Source: a virus | Taxonomy: Duplodnaviria; Caudoviricetes | Length of the DNA: 64,000 bases | Strand: one strand, 5' to 3' | IMG/VR virus record: IMGVR_UViG_3300021387_000034 | Location: 18,011 to 82,010 of that record | In this document: in pieces, positions 29,935 to 39,837 of the stretch | Position numbering within the stretch: the first letter of the stretch is position 1 | Layout: every line of letters begins with the position of its first letter | Translations under genes and position numbers: made by a program | The notes under the pieces: generated by a model | Databases searched by the model: none | Told to the model about the DNA's origin: nothing | The model's input: the letters and a program-made list of their open reading frames with translations, nothing else

Positions 29935-30480
29935 TTAATACTTCGGTACTTTTATTTCTATTGTTACGTTTACCTTAGAGCCAAGTTCTTGCTTGATGTG
30001 GTCATACCGTTGGGTCATCATGTCAAACTTCACAAATTTCCCGTAGAAAATATTGTCGTGACCTTGCTCCCAATATGCGTAATACGGTGCAAGTACGCCC
30101 CAAACGATTTCCCACCCATTCGTTTCCCTTGGTTGATACGTCGCCAAGAATTGCTTTGCAAGATTGCGTCCATTTACTGGTATAGGATTGTCGCCCAATT
30201 CATGCAAGAATGCCTTTCCTTTCGTTGTAGCGGACTTACGGTAGTAGCCATGCTTTGCCTCTTTCCCGTCATAATATACCGCCCACACAAGGCTATTCAA
30301 CATGTTATGCGTTCGGTCGCTTGGCTTGCCACGCATCTTTTCAATCAATTTGTCACCCATTTGGGAAATTTGGCTTTCGGCATAAGCAATAAGACGTTCT
30401 GCTTGCGTTTTAGAAACTTTCTTAAGCATATCCTCACGCAATTTCCTTATGTTAATCTTAACTTTCGTCTTTGTTGCCAT
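29935..30480 (-). CDS. neck/tail completion protein (HK97 gp10-like)
   Basis: DRTHNMLNSL, APYYAYWEQGH; synteny. Confidence 0.55.
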   Translation of the reverse strand: MATKTKVKINIRKLREDMLKKVSKTQAERLIAYAESQISQMGDKLIEKMRGKPSDRTHNMLNSLVWAVYYDGKEAKHGYYRKSATTKGKAFLHELGDNPIPVNGRNLAKQFLATYQPRETNGWEIVWGVLAPYYAYWEQGHDNIFYGKFVKFDMMTQRYDHIKQELGSKVNVTIEIKVPKY

Positions 30481-30489
30481 AATCGTTGC

Positions 30490-30825
30490 CTATTTCCACT
30501 TGTTACGTGTACAATATACACTTACTCCCATTAGTTGTGACGGTTCGGCATTATCTACCGTGAACAAAAGCGTTTCTCCGAAACGTACTAATTCCACCGT
30601 ATCACCCTTTCTTGGTATAATAGAATTGCCATCACTATCTTGTGTCAAAGGCATTGATATAACGTAGGATGACGTTTGCAATACACGTCCTTCATCGTCC
30701 GTTTGCATCGTTTCGTCCATAACACCATTGTATATCTCAACAACGGTATCGTCATCGTTGCCCTTTCCCGAAATAGTGCGCTTGACTATTCCTTGGTACG
30801 GATATTCGGATATTTCGTTACGCAT
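30490..30825 (-). CDS. head closure protein
   Basis: size and synteny; IPRKGDTVEL. Confidence 0.5.
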   Translation of the reverse strand: MRNEISEYPYQGIVKRTISGKGNDDDTVVEIYNGVMDETMQTDDEGRVLQTSSYVISMPLTQDSDGNSIIPRKGDTVELVRFGETLLFTVDNAEPSQLMGVSVYCTRNKWK

Positions 30826-31228
30826 CGTATGTTGGATTAACTTGTATTACGTCCTCGATAGGCACGAACTTGATTTTGCGATTTTTCAAATATTCCTCAA
30901 GTTCCTTTCCCTTTGGGTCATCGTAGTTCTTGTATATGCGAATGGCATACTTGATTTTTTCGTCTTGATAGAAATCTTGCTCCTGCCCTACGGTCTTTTG
31001 GTAGCCGTTGTGGGATTGTTGTAAAGATGCGGTATTGGACGGCCTAAGCAATACTGCCATGAATATAAGGTCAGCGGTCAAGAGGTCGCGTTCCTTTTGC
31101 GTGACGGTGATGTTGTTGTAAGCGTCTGCCGACGGGTCAATACCACGGTCAAGGGCTATCTTAATGAAATTCTTCGTTGTAAACGATGAATACATTGTCG
31201 ATGATTCAAGCCATTCAAGTACTGTCAT
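30818..31228 (-). CDS. head-tail adaptor
   Basis: directly downstream of capsid gene. Confidence 0.5.
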   Translation of the reverse strand: MTVLEWLESSTMYSSFTTKNFIKIALDRGIDPSADAYNNITVTQKERDLLTADLIFMAVLLRPSNTASLQQSHNGYQKTVGQEQDFYQDEKIKYAIRIYKNYDDPKGKELEEYLKNRKIKFVPIEDVIQVNPTYDA

Positions 31229-31282
31229 CTTTCTTTTTCCTTTCTTAACTAATTAAACCATAGTGTGCCATTCGCATAGCGT

Positions 31283-32563
31283 TTAGGAGTCGGCTGTTGT
31301 GGTGTCAACAACAACGTGGTACATGCTTTCATCAAGCACTGTAGCATAACGTCCGATAACATCCGTGTGGTAAGACTTGAGCATGCCGTTCGGAGTAACC
31401 TTGTTGATGACGTTCAAGAAACCTTGTATCTTTGCCAGTGAGAAATCAATCCCCTTGTTTACCTCACCGCTACGCATCAACTCTACGTCGGCAACCTTTG
31501 CGTGTACAAGTACACCTGCATAGCCCAACGGACGCAATACTGCAACACCTTGTTTCCAACCCTTTACGGTGGTGTATGTGGTGATACCTTGTACGGTTTG
31601 CTGTTCGCGCACAATGCGGATAGGCGCAATCTTGGAAAGTTCCCAACGGCTATAAGCGATGAGTTGGTCAACGGTGATAGAATCAACATTTGTCGTGCTT
31701 GTGCCGTTATTGACGATAATCACCTTGTCGGGAGCACCAAGGGCAAGATAGCGGTTTACCTCCTTAATAAACGCAGGGTTCTTGATGAGAACCGTAACGA
31801 GCATATCCCAAGGAATATCCCACTCAAACGGCATGCTGTCTGGCAGTTGGTTGGCTTGCTTGAAATCGTATTCGATTTTGTGCATCTGCTCTGGCAGGTC
31901 TGCTGTTGTGTCCGTCCATACCTTTGCACCAGCCTTCTTGTAGTTGGTGATGGGGATATAAGCCGATTGGTTGGCGACAACACCGCTAAAGCCTTGTGTG
32001 GTAGCAGTACCGCCAGCGACGTTAGTAACGGCAATAGTATTGCCATATTGACCGCCACGGGAAAGCGTCATAGCAGCCATGTGCGAAACACGCAGGTTGT
32101 GGGTCTTTACAAGGTCGGCAACACCACGAACAAATCCTTCAACAAGGCTTTGGTCTGGGCCAAGTTCTTGGAGGCGGGCTTTCAACTCTTCTTTAGACAT
32201 AGAGGTTTCAAAAAGACCTTTACCATATTGGTAAATCGAACCAGTCCTTTCCTCAAAGCCTTCGGCATCAAGTTGCATGGTTTCCGTTAGCGGAGCCATT
32301 GCATCGGCCATAGGCACGGTGCGTGAGACACGTTGGCGAACAGTCCAAGCGGGGTTCTTTTTGAGGTTCGACTTGTCAATGTCGTACTCGTTACCCTCGA
32401 CACGGAAATGCTCTTGCCAAAAGAAAGCGTTTTCGTCGATTTCAATTGAGTTGTCTATAAGTGTTTGGAGGAAGCCTGCGTTAGCCCCGTCCATAAAACC
32501 CCTTTGATACAATTTTTCAATTGCCTCATCGGGTGTAAAGTGGAATTTCAATGCGTTTGCCAT
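31283..32563 (-). CDS. major capsid protein
   Basis: 426 aa, strong expression codon bias, synteny with scaffold and adaptor. Confidence 0.75.
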   Translation of the reverse strand: MANALKFHFTPDEAIEKLYQRGFMDGANAGFLQTLIDNSIEIDENAFFWQEHFRVEGNEYDIDKSNLKKNPAWTVRQRVSRTVPMADAMAPLTETMQLDAEGFEERTGSIYQYGKGLFETSMSKEELKARLQELGPDQSLVEGFVRGVADLVKTHNLRVSHMAAMTLSRGGQYGNTIAVTNVAGGTATTQGFSGVVANQSAYIPITNYKKAGAKVWTDTTADLPEQMHKIEYDFKQANQLPDSMPFEWDIPWDMLVTVLIKNPAFIKEVNRYLALGAPDKVIIVNNGTSTTNVDSITVDQLIAYSRWELSKIAPIRIVREQQTVQGITTYTTVKGWKQGVAVLRPLGYAGVLVHAKVADVELMRSGEVNKGIDFSLAKIQGFLNVINKVTPNGMLKSYHTDVIGRYATVLDESMYHVVVDTTTADS

Positions 32564-32612
32564 ATCTTATTTCCTTTCTTTTATTACGTTATTAAATTAG
32601 GCGACGTGTGGC

Positions 32613-33284
32613 TTAAATCCAAAATATGCCGTCAATATAAGAACGGTTCATGGCAAGTACATACTTGGGCAGCGGCTGCATCTTTGCAATCCACGCTTGC
32701 TTGTCGTACACACCAGAAACGCTATAATTGGCATTTTGGAAACCGTAGCCTTCGGTGGGCAGCATTTCACGGTCGGCTTCGTTGAAGATGTTTGGTTTCG
32801 GACAAAGAACCTCTGCTTCGGCACTTGCGGCACTTCCCTTTGCCTCAACGATAATCGAATCGGTAGTGAGTGCGCCAATTGCGGTGTCGATGGTTACGGT
32901 AAATTCTTCGTTGGTTTCGTTATAAGCCACGGCGGTAATCTTTGCCGATTGCCCCGTAGTAGTTGCATCGTCGGGGGCAATCATAATGACTTGACCAACC
33001 TCGGGAGCGTCCGAATATCCGTCACCCTTGATGTAGATAGTAGTTGCGTTGGCCGCGGAAGCCTTAGAAACCGCAAACGAACGGAAAATAAGGATAGGCT
33101 GGCCTGGGGTGTACTGCATCAGTTGTGCAGCCCAAAGATAACCAAATCCCTTATTCGGGTTAGCGATAGTACCGCCAAGAAGGATATTCCTACGGTCTTC
33201 ACCATTGCCATCCTTGACCCAAACCCACTTGCCGCCACGTACTTTCTTAGCGGTTTCAAAAAAGTAAGCAAGATTTGTAATCAT
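32613..33284 (-). CDS. capsid decoration/cement protein
   Basis: between scaffold and capsid, Ala/Thr beta-rich. Confidence 0.5.
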   Translation of the reverse strand: MITNLAYFFETAKKVRGGKWVWVKDGNGEDRRNILLGGTIANPNKGFGYLWAAQLMQYTPGQPILIFRSFAVSKASAANATTIYIKGDGYSDAPEVGQVIMIAPDDATTTGQSAKITAVAYNETNEEFTVTIDTAIGALTTDSIIVEAKGSAASAEAEVLCPKPNIFNEADREMLPTEGYGFQNANYSVSGVYDKQAWIAKMQPLPKYVLAMNRSYIDGIFWI

Positions 33285-33321
33285 ATCTTTTTCGTTTTAA
33301 TTTGTTAATTGTTCCTTTTTT

Positions 33322-33957
33322 TTATTGTACCTTAATCTTTTTAAGGGATTTAAAGAATTCTTCGTCACGTTTCTGCGTAACTTGCGGTGCAAGTGGCTTT
33401 ATATTTCCAATAGATGGTTTCATAACTTCTTGAAACTTTTCTACCCACTTGTCGGCTTGTTCTTTGTCATCCTTTTCGAGGTCAACGTCAAAGTCCTTAA
33501 CGAAAATCGTAAAACCTGTCATTAAATCTTCTCTGACACCCTTTTTCGCGATTTCCATGATTGCGGAATACTTGGTACGCTTGTTTTCGGCAATCTTGAA
33601 TTGTTTCAACTCGTCAAGTTGGTCTTGAACTTCTTTCGGAATTTCTTTCGTAGGTGTTGGTTCGACTTTGCCCCCAATTTTTTTGTTCAACTCAGCGATT
33701 TGGTTCTTGTAGTCGTTTTCTTTCGACGTAAAGGCATTAGTCTTTTCGGTGATGATAAGGCTTGCTCCACTAAAAGCGGAATTAAGCGCAAATCGCATAT
33801 CACCAAGCGCGGTTTCGTCATCTGCGGTAGCGTCTGGATAACGCTTTGCAAGATGTTCCGCAAATTTGTCTTTAAAACCATCGGTGAGTGTTGCATTTGT
33901 GTAACTTTTCTCGTTACAATAATCGTTTACTTTCTGTAAAGCTTCTTCTTTTGTCAT
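33322..33957 (-). CDS. capsid scaffolding protein
   Basis: helical charged protein heading capsid operon. Confidence 0.55.
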   Translation of the reverse strand: MTKEEALQKVNDYCNEKSYTNATLTDGFKDKFAEHLAKRYPDATADDETALGDMRFALNSAFSGASLIITEKTNAFTSKENDYKNQIAELNKKIGGKVEPTPTKEIPKEVQDQLDELKQFKIAENKRTKYSAIMEIAKKGVREDLMTGFTIFVKDFDVDLEKDDKEQADKWVEKFQEVMKPSIGNIKPLAPQVTQKRDEEFFKSLKKIKVQ

Positions 33958-34015
33958 AGTTTTCTACTATTTTAAATTGTTGTTGTAAACAAAACAAATT
34001 TCTTATTGTTTGATG

Positions 34016-34140
34016 CAAAAGTACAAATAAAGTAAAAGTTGAAAAATACAAAAGCGATGAAAAGGTGATTAAAAAACGTTGTTTTAATCAATATTTAATC
34101 AGTATTGTAATTTTTTGTATATTTCCACTATATACCTTTG
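34016..34140. promoter_or_regulatory. divergent promoter pair (capsid operon leftward, terminase rightward)
   Basis: TACTTTTG on minus near 34016-34023; TACCTTTG at 34133-34140 on plus. Confidence 0.65.
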
Positions 34141-34184
34141 CAAAAAGAAATTTCTTATTTGTACAAATTGTAATTTATGGTCAC

Positions 34185-35957
34185 ATGGCACGAAAGCGTA
34201 ATGATATAGTATTAGCACCATTGGAGGATGGCAACCAAAAGTTTGCTATTCGTTCAAATGCCGATATTGTATGCTTTACGGGAGGTACTGGAGGTGGTAA
34301 GTCCGTTGCTTTGTATTATGCACCTATTGAATATCTTGCCATGAATGACAATGCGAAAATCGTTTGCTTTATGCGTAATGTTAGTGACTTTTGGGGCGCA
34401 GGAAAGGTGAACGATACGCTTAAAAAGATGTACCCTTTGATTGACCGTACCATCAAACGACAACCACATGACCCGATAGGTGAAATCATACGCAACCAAA
34501 CGGATATGGGTTTGAAATTGTATAATGGTTCGGAAATGAAGTTCCAACAACTCGACAACGAAAACCCTATTGTCATTGATAAGATTGCAAAAGGATTGCA
34601 AGCAAAGAAACTTATCTTTGACGAATGTAATAAATTCCTTTGGCGTACCATATCATCGTTCTTTCCTCGTTTGCGTAGTGATTCAAACGGCAAGGCACAA
34701 ATATTCTTGGCACAAAACCCAGAGCGCGAGTGTTTTATGCGTAAGATGTGCGGAAAGGGAGAACATGGCGGTGGTTGGATAAACAATGACGGCACGGTTG
34801 ACAGGTCAATGGACGGTGTTGTTATGTTCTTTTGTATGCCTAACGGTGATTATGAAAAAGCCGTATGGGGTCGAACAAAGAAAGAGGTTTATGAAAAGTG
34901 CAAAGAACATATAGATTCACTTTTAGCCGTTGACCCAGATATGTCATACGAGGATTTTATACTTTCGATGACATTTTTTACTTTTGATGTGCGTGACAAT
35001 AAGAAAATGTTGGCAAAGAATAAGGGCTATCGTGGATTAGCCGCCAATGCCGCAACCGCTGCATCAGCATATCAAGTGAATTGGAACTATTCAATCGAAG
35101 ACGAAAAAGAAGAAGAAGATTTATCCAACGTTGAACTTTCACATATAGACATAGAACGTATGTTCCGTCCAAACGAAATTCCGCAAGGTAGCCAATTATT
35201 GAAACGCTTTATGACGATGGATATGGCCTCTACTGGCTTTGACAACCTAATATTCAAGTATTGGGAACTTTGGTCGGGCTACGGGTTCGTTTGCCGCGAC
35301 ATTAAATATTCGATGCACAATAGCAACCGTGAGGCGGTTATTATGGCTATCCAATTCCGTGACAAGCATAAGTTACAAGAAAAGGAAATGGTATTGGACG
35401 TGCAAGGATTTGGATTCTTGCGTGATTGCTTCCCAAGAGCTATGCAATTCAGCGGAGCGAGCACACCGTCTAATCGTGGTAAGTCGCAATTTAAGACGAT
35501 GAAAGACGAGGCAGGCCACGTTGCGATGGAAATGATGCAAGCGGGATTGATACACTATGATTCACGTCTTGCCGAAACGCACTACAACCACAAGAATATG
35601 AAACGGCAAGGAGGTACAACAATATTGCGGCACATGTTGTTTGAAAGTAAGATATTCCAATTCATAAAAACACCGAACGGGCGCCTTGAAATGATGTCTA
35701 AGGAAAAGATGAAGCAACTTTTGAAAGGTATGTCGCCAGACCTTATGGATAACGTCATTTTGGCGTGCGGCGGTTTTATCTATGATTGTTACCGAATGTT
35801 GAAAGAAGACGCTGGAATAATGCGTAAGCGCGTGCAAGCGGATGATATGCTTGCTTTGCTTAACGTGAACGGACAAGATATTGTTGACACAAGAATACAC
35901 CGTGTAAGAAAGATACGGAACGCAAGCGAGGTATTAAACATATTAAGTAATATATAG
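34185..35957 (+). CDS. terL: terminase large subunit
   Basis: Walker A GGTGGGKS, Walker B LIFDEC, nuclease MTMDMA...PDLMDNV; followed by portal. Confidence 0.9.
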   Translation: MARKRNDIVLAPLEDGNQKFAIRSNADIVCFTGGTGGGKSVALYYAPIEYLAMNDNAKIVCFMRNVSDFWGAGKVNDTLKKMYPLIDRTIKRQPHDPIGEIIRNQTDMGLKLYNGSEMKFQQLDNENPIVIDKIAKGLQAKKLIFDECNKFLWRTISSFFPRLRSDSNGKAQIFLAQNPERECFMRKMCGKGEHGGGWINNDGTVDRSMDGVVMFFCMPNGDYEKAVWGRTKKEVYEKCKEHIDSLLAVDPDMSYEDFILSMTFFTFDVRDNKKMLAKNKGYRGLAANAATAASAYQVNWNYSIEDEKEEEDLSNVELSHIDIERMFRPNEIPQGSQLLKRFMTMDMASTGFDNLIFKYWELWSGYGFVCRDIKYSMHNSNREAVIMAIQFRDKHKLQEKEMVLDVQGFGFLRDCFPRAMQFSGASTPSNRGKSQFKTMKDEAGHVAMEMMQAGLIHYDSRLAETHYNHKNMKRQGGTTILRHMLFESKIFQFIKTPNGRLEMMSKEKMKQLLKGMSPDLMDNVILACGGFIYDCYRMLKEDAGIMRKRVQADDMLALLNVNGQDIVDTRIHRVRKIRNASEVLNILSNI

Positions 35958-35965
35958 AAAAGGAC

Positions 35966-37486
35966 ATGATAAGAATTAAAAACATAAATTGGTATCTTAG
36001 CGAACCGTTAAGGTTATTGCAAATGAAGCCTTTCACACGCGGAGGTCACACGAATGGTCACGGGTGGGAAATGCAAGATGTATTGTGCAACACTACACTT
36101 GACGTTGGCTTTACCAATTTGACATTAAAGCCTATTTCACAAGACACGTATCTTACGGAATATAACCCGTCGTTGCACCATATAATTATGAACAAGGCAA
36201 TACCGCATATCAAGGTTTGCTTTGATGGTTGCGAAATGCCATCGGGTATGATTAACTTGACACAAACAGCATCGTTTCAAAAGTTGATTCATTCGGCACA
36301 CGTGCGGTCGTTGACCAATAATCCGTTGGAGTTCAATCTTTGTATGCCAGATGTCGAGCAAGGAGGTTTGGACTCTTTCGAAGAAGCAAAATCAGCTTGG
36401 GCTTGGCGCAACATGGATTATTGGCTTGCACGCGCCATAAACGCTTGTAAGCAAGTCGGCAATTGTGGTATATTGTTTAGTTACGACAAAGACATCAATC
36501 AATGCGTGGTTTCAAGTTATAACTACGAAGACGGCTATCAAGTCATTCCGAACTACGATGAATACGGAATAGAAATTGCTCGTTCACTTGTCTATCAAGT
36601 TGACGATAAGACTGTTATTGACACATACGACAATCAAAAGCATTATCGTATCATGGAGAGCACTACCGCAAGTGGTGGGTGGGAAATAACAAGTGAATTG
36701 CACGGCTTTTCACGTTGTCCGTTACTAACCAAACGTGGCAAAGTAGCGTGGGAATATGCCGAAACGTCTATTGAAATGTGGGAACTCATGGCTAATATTG
36801 CCGCTATTGCCTTGAAACGATTTGGTACGTTTGCCCTTGCATTTTGGGGGGAAATGGACGGTGATAGTTTTAAGCGTGATAGTTCTACACTTATCATAAA
36901 TCTTTCAAGTGACACTACGAATGGTAAACAAGACGCAAAGGTATTGCAATTTCCCGAGCCGCAAACAATGGACGGGTATCTTAAAACGTTGGAAGAAAAG
37001 ATTTCTTTATTCAGTTCTACATCGTTCATCACACCGAAAGACATAACAACGTCTAATAGCGGAGGTAACGGTATTGCTCTTGCAATGTCTAACGATTACG
37101 CTTTGGCAACGCAATCGGCTATGGATTGGAAGAAATTTGTCAACGATATGTTCTATTTATTCCAAGAGGGTCTTGACCTTGAAACCAATGGTGTTGACAA
37201 GTACGCTAAATTGCGTATCGGTGCAAAGATTGTTCCTTGGTCGTTGGAAACCAACAATACCAAGATTACGAACTTGCAAATGGAAGCAAAGTGGTTGTCG
37301 ATGAAAACGATTATTGAGAAATCTCCTGATGCTGCTCCCGACGAAGTGGAACGCATTATATCCGAACGTGGGTCGCTTATTCCGCAAGATGCAATATCCG
37401 ATGCGGATAGCAACAAAGCGGCAAGAATTTCCAAAAACAATTCAAACGAAATAATCGACAATCAAGCAAAAACTGGTATGAACTAA
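35966..37486 (+). CDS. portal protein (SPP1 gp6-like)
   Basis: 506 aa after terL; SGGNGIAL...F pattern. Confidence 0.8.
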   Translation: MIRIKNINWYLSEPLRLLQMKPFTRGGHTNGHGWEMQDVLCNTTLDVGFTNLTLKPISQDTYLTEYNPSLHHIIMNKAIPHIKVCFDGCEMPSGMINLTQTASFQKLIHSAHVRSLTNNPLEFNLCMPDVEQGGLDSFEEAKSAWAWRNMDYWLARAINACKQVGNCGILFSYDKDINQCVVSSYNYEDGYQVIPNYDEYGIEIARSLVYQVDDKTVIDTYDNQKHYRIMESTTASGGWEITSELHGFSRCPLLTKRGKVAWEYAETSIEMWELMANIAAIALKRFGTFALAFWGEMDGDSFKRDSSTLIINLSSDTTNGKQDAKVLQFPEPQTMDGYLKTLEEKISLFSSTSFITPKDITTSNSGGNGIALAMSNDYALATQSAMDWKKFVNDMFYLFQEGLDLETNGVDKYAKLRIGAKIVPWSLETNNTKITNLQMEAKWLSMKTIIEKSPDAAPDEVERIISERGSLIPQDAISDADSNKAARISKNNSNEIIDNQAKTGMN

Positions 37487-37501
37487 AAACACTTTACGAT
37501 T

Positions 37502-37939
37502 ATGGATATGGAACTTTATAACATAATAAACACCGTTGTTTCTGCATTGTTGGCAGGTGGTTGGTTTATCTACTACCGTGCAAACAAGCGAAAGGCAAAC
37601 GGTGAAGCAACACAAGCCGAAGCCGACGGGTGGGCACGTCAACAAGAGGTGTATCAAAAAACGATTGATGACCTTGATAAGATTTGCGACAAGATACGCG
37701 ATGATAGGAATCACTTACAAACGGCAAACGAAACGCTACGAAAGGAAAACGAGGAAGTACGTGCCAAGCAAGTAAAGATGGAAAATGAAATGCTTGACAT
37801 TAAGCGTGTACAAGCCCGTCAAGGCATGAAATTACAAGCACTTTCCCCTTTTCTTTGCGGTGTAGCGGGGTGTCTGCACCGCAAGAAAGTGACGCTAATT
37901 GATGATGAAATCAAAAACGACATCAACACCCTACAATGA
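37502..37939 (+). CDS. holin/antiholin-like membrane protein
   Basis: N-terminal TM plus coiled coil, upstream of endolysin. Confidence 0.5.
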   Translation: MDMELYNIINTVVSALLAGGWFIYYRANKRKANGEATQAEADGWARQQEVYQKTIDDLDKICDKIRDDRNHLQTANETLRKENEEVRAKQVKMENEMLDIKRVQARQGMKLQALSPFLCGVAGCLHRKKVTLIDDEIKNDINTLQ

Positions 37940-37976
37940 ACATCAATAGTAACCAAAATGGAAAAACCGAATAACG

Positions 37977-38594
37977 ATGCAAACGATTAAGAAAGGGAGT
38001 AGAGGGAACGATGTAAAGGTGTTGCAAAAGTTATTACACCTTTATGAAGATGGCATCTTTGGTACGATAACCAAGGAAGCAGTGTGTGATTTTCAACGTA
38101 AGAACGGCTTAAAGGCAGATGGTATCGTTGGCGATGTAACTTGGGCTAAGTTGCTTAGTAATATTGACAAACTTAAAAAGTCTTCACGCCGCATCAATGA
38201 AATTATCGTACATTGTAGTGCAACTCGTGAAGGTTGTGACTATACTGTTGCTGACATCACGAAATGGCACAAACAACGTGGCTTTAATGATATTGGCTAT
38301 CACTATGTGATTTATCGTGACGGCAGCATACATAATGGCCGCGACGTTAATTTGGTGGGCGCACATTGCACGAACCATAACGCACATTCCATTGGTGTGT
38401 GCTATATCGGTGGTTGTAAGACAGACGGCACGTCGCCAAAGGACACACGAACAGATGCACAAAAGGCCGCTTTGCTTTCTTTGTTAAAGGATTTGCGCAA
38501 GAAATATCCCTATGCAAAGATACATGGCCATCGTGACTTCGCTAACAAGGCTTGCCCGTCATTCGATGCTACTAACGAATATAAAGATATTTAG
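37977..38594 (+). CDS. endolysin: PG-binding domain + N-acetylmuramoyl-L-alanine amidase (Amidase_2)
   Basis: DGIFG/DGIVG repeats; IIVHCSA, IGYHYVI, GHRD...KACPSF. Confidence 0.92.
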   Translation: MQTIKKGSRGNDVKVLQKLLHLYEDGIFGTITKEAVCDFQRKNGLKADGIVGDVTWAKLLSNIDKLKKSSRRINEIIVHCSATREGCDYTVADITKWHKQRGFNDIGYHYVIYRDGSIHNGRDVNLVGAHCTNHNAHSIGVCYIGGCKTDGTSPKDTRTDAQKAALLSLLKDLRKKYPYAKIHGHRDFANKACPSFDATNEYKDI

Positions 38595-38596
38595 TT

Positions 38597-39208
38597 ATGG
38601 AAACACGCGAGGACAAAGAGTTCTATGCCCGCATGTGGGAGAAGAACCAAATGCTTAACAACGGACGCGGTACACCGTTCTATATCGCGTTAATCATTGG
38701 TGTTGTGCTGCTGTTTTCATCTTGCGCCACAAAGAAACATATTGTTGAAAACGACCATCAGAAAACCGAGGTTAAAGTTGATTCTACAGATGTTCAAAGC
38801 GTAAAGGTGGATTCAACAGATACGGAGCATAAGACCGAGATAAAGGAAACCGAGAAAGTCGAAACAGAAACAAAGGTCGAGAAATCAGACTCCACTGTTA
38901 TGACTGTTGATGCGCAAGGCAATGTTATCAAGCAAGAAACGTGGCACAAAGAAAAGGCAACCGTGTCACGTAACCGTGAATATGAAAAACAATTGCTTGA
39001 TTCAATCGCACATTTTCGACTTGCACGTGACTCGCTGAGACAATACATAGCAAAGTGCGATTCTTTGACCGAAATGATAAACCACCAAGAGGTTAAGGTC
39101 GTTGAAAAAACAAAAATTCCTAAAATTTTTAAGGTTTCTTTGATTTTTTCGATTCTTTGTTGTATCTTTGCAATTATAAAAATAATACGGTACATTCAAA
39201 TACACTAA
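38597..39208 (+). CDS. spanin-like lipoprotein (u-spanin architecture)
   Basis: lipobox LFSSC and C-terminal TM helix; after endolysin. Confidence 0.6.
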   Translation: METREDKEFYARMWEKNQMLNNGRGTPFYIALIIGVVLLFSSCATKKHIVENDHQKTEVKVDSTDVQSVKVDSTDTEHKTEIKETEKVETETKVEKSDSTVMTVDAQGNVIKQETWHKEKATVSRNREYEKQLLDSIAHFRLARDSLRQYIAKCDSLTEMINHQEVKVVEKTKIPKIFKVSLIFSILCCIFAIIKIIRYIQIH

Positions 39209-39214
39209 GATGGT

Positions 39215-39829
39215 ATGGCCACAATAAAAATAAAACACGTCTATGGAAACCCTTTGAGTATCGCAATACCTTTGGATAAAATTGTTCATTCAATTATTGA
39301 TGGGCATGAAGTAGAAACAAGAAGCGAATTTTACCCAAATCCAAATTATGATGTTTTAGTCATATTAAAAGGAATCGGGCTGATTCGCTACGAATACGTT
39401 GCTAATGTTAATGGGAATGTTGTTTCAATTAAAGACTCGGGAGAAATACGTGTTGGGAAATATAGTGTTGAAGTGCTCGCTTACGATGAAAACAAAGAGA
39501 GAGTGCGATACAAAGTAAACTCAATAATTGAAATTGTTGACGCGACTATAGATGCTGGTATTGACCCAGATATTGAATTTGACATACAAGAATACATCCT
39601 TGATGGTGCTGTATATTTGTACGCAAAAGGCGACAAGGGAGACAAGGGCGATAAAGGCGATACTGGTGTTGGCATACAATCAGTAGAACAAATTCAAACG
39701 TCAGACGTTAGCGGTGGAACAAATGTCATTCGTGTAACTTTGACAAATGGTAACACAAGTGATTTTGAAGTTAAAAACGGCCAACCGCCGACAATGTATG
39801 TTGAAAATGAAACTTTATATATTAAATAA
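39215..39829 (+). CDS. tail/baseplate accessory protein with collagen-like repeat
   Basis: KGDKGDKGDKGDTG at 39626-39667. Confidence 0.6.
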   Translation: MATIKIKHVYGNPLSIAIPLDKIVHSIIDGHEVETRSEFYPNPNYDVLVILKGIGLIRYEYVANVNGNVVSIKDSGEIRVGKYSVEVLAYDENKERVRYKVNSIIEIVDATIDAGIDPDIEFDIQEYILDGAVYLYAKGDKGDKGDKGDTGVGIQSVEQIQTSDVSGGTNVIRVTLTNGNTSDFEVKNGQPPTMYVENETLYIK

Positions 39830-39837
39830 CAAAAGCT

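Noticed and set aside
31502-32290. 262-aa plus-strand ORF
   Set aside because: Antisense shadow of the capsid gene caused by its codon bias; no promoter or protein-like motifs.
34065-34184. 40-aa N-terminal extension of terminase
   Set aside because: GTG start overlaps the promoter; ATG 34185 is the likely start.
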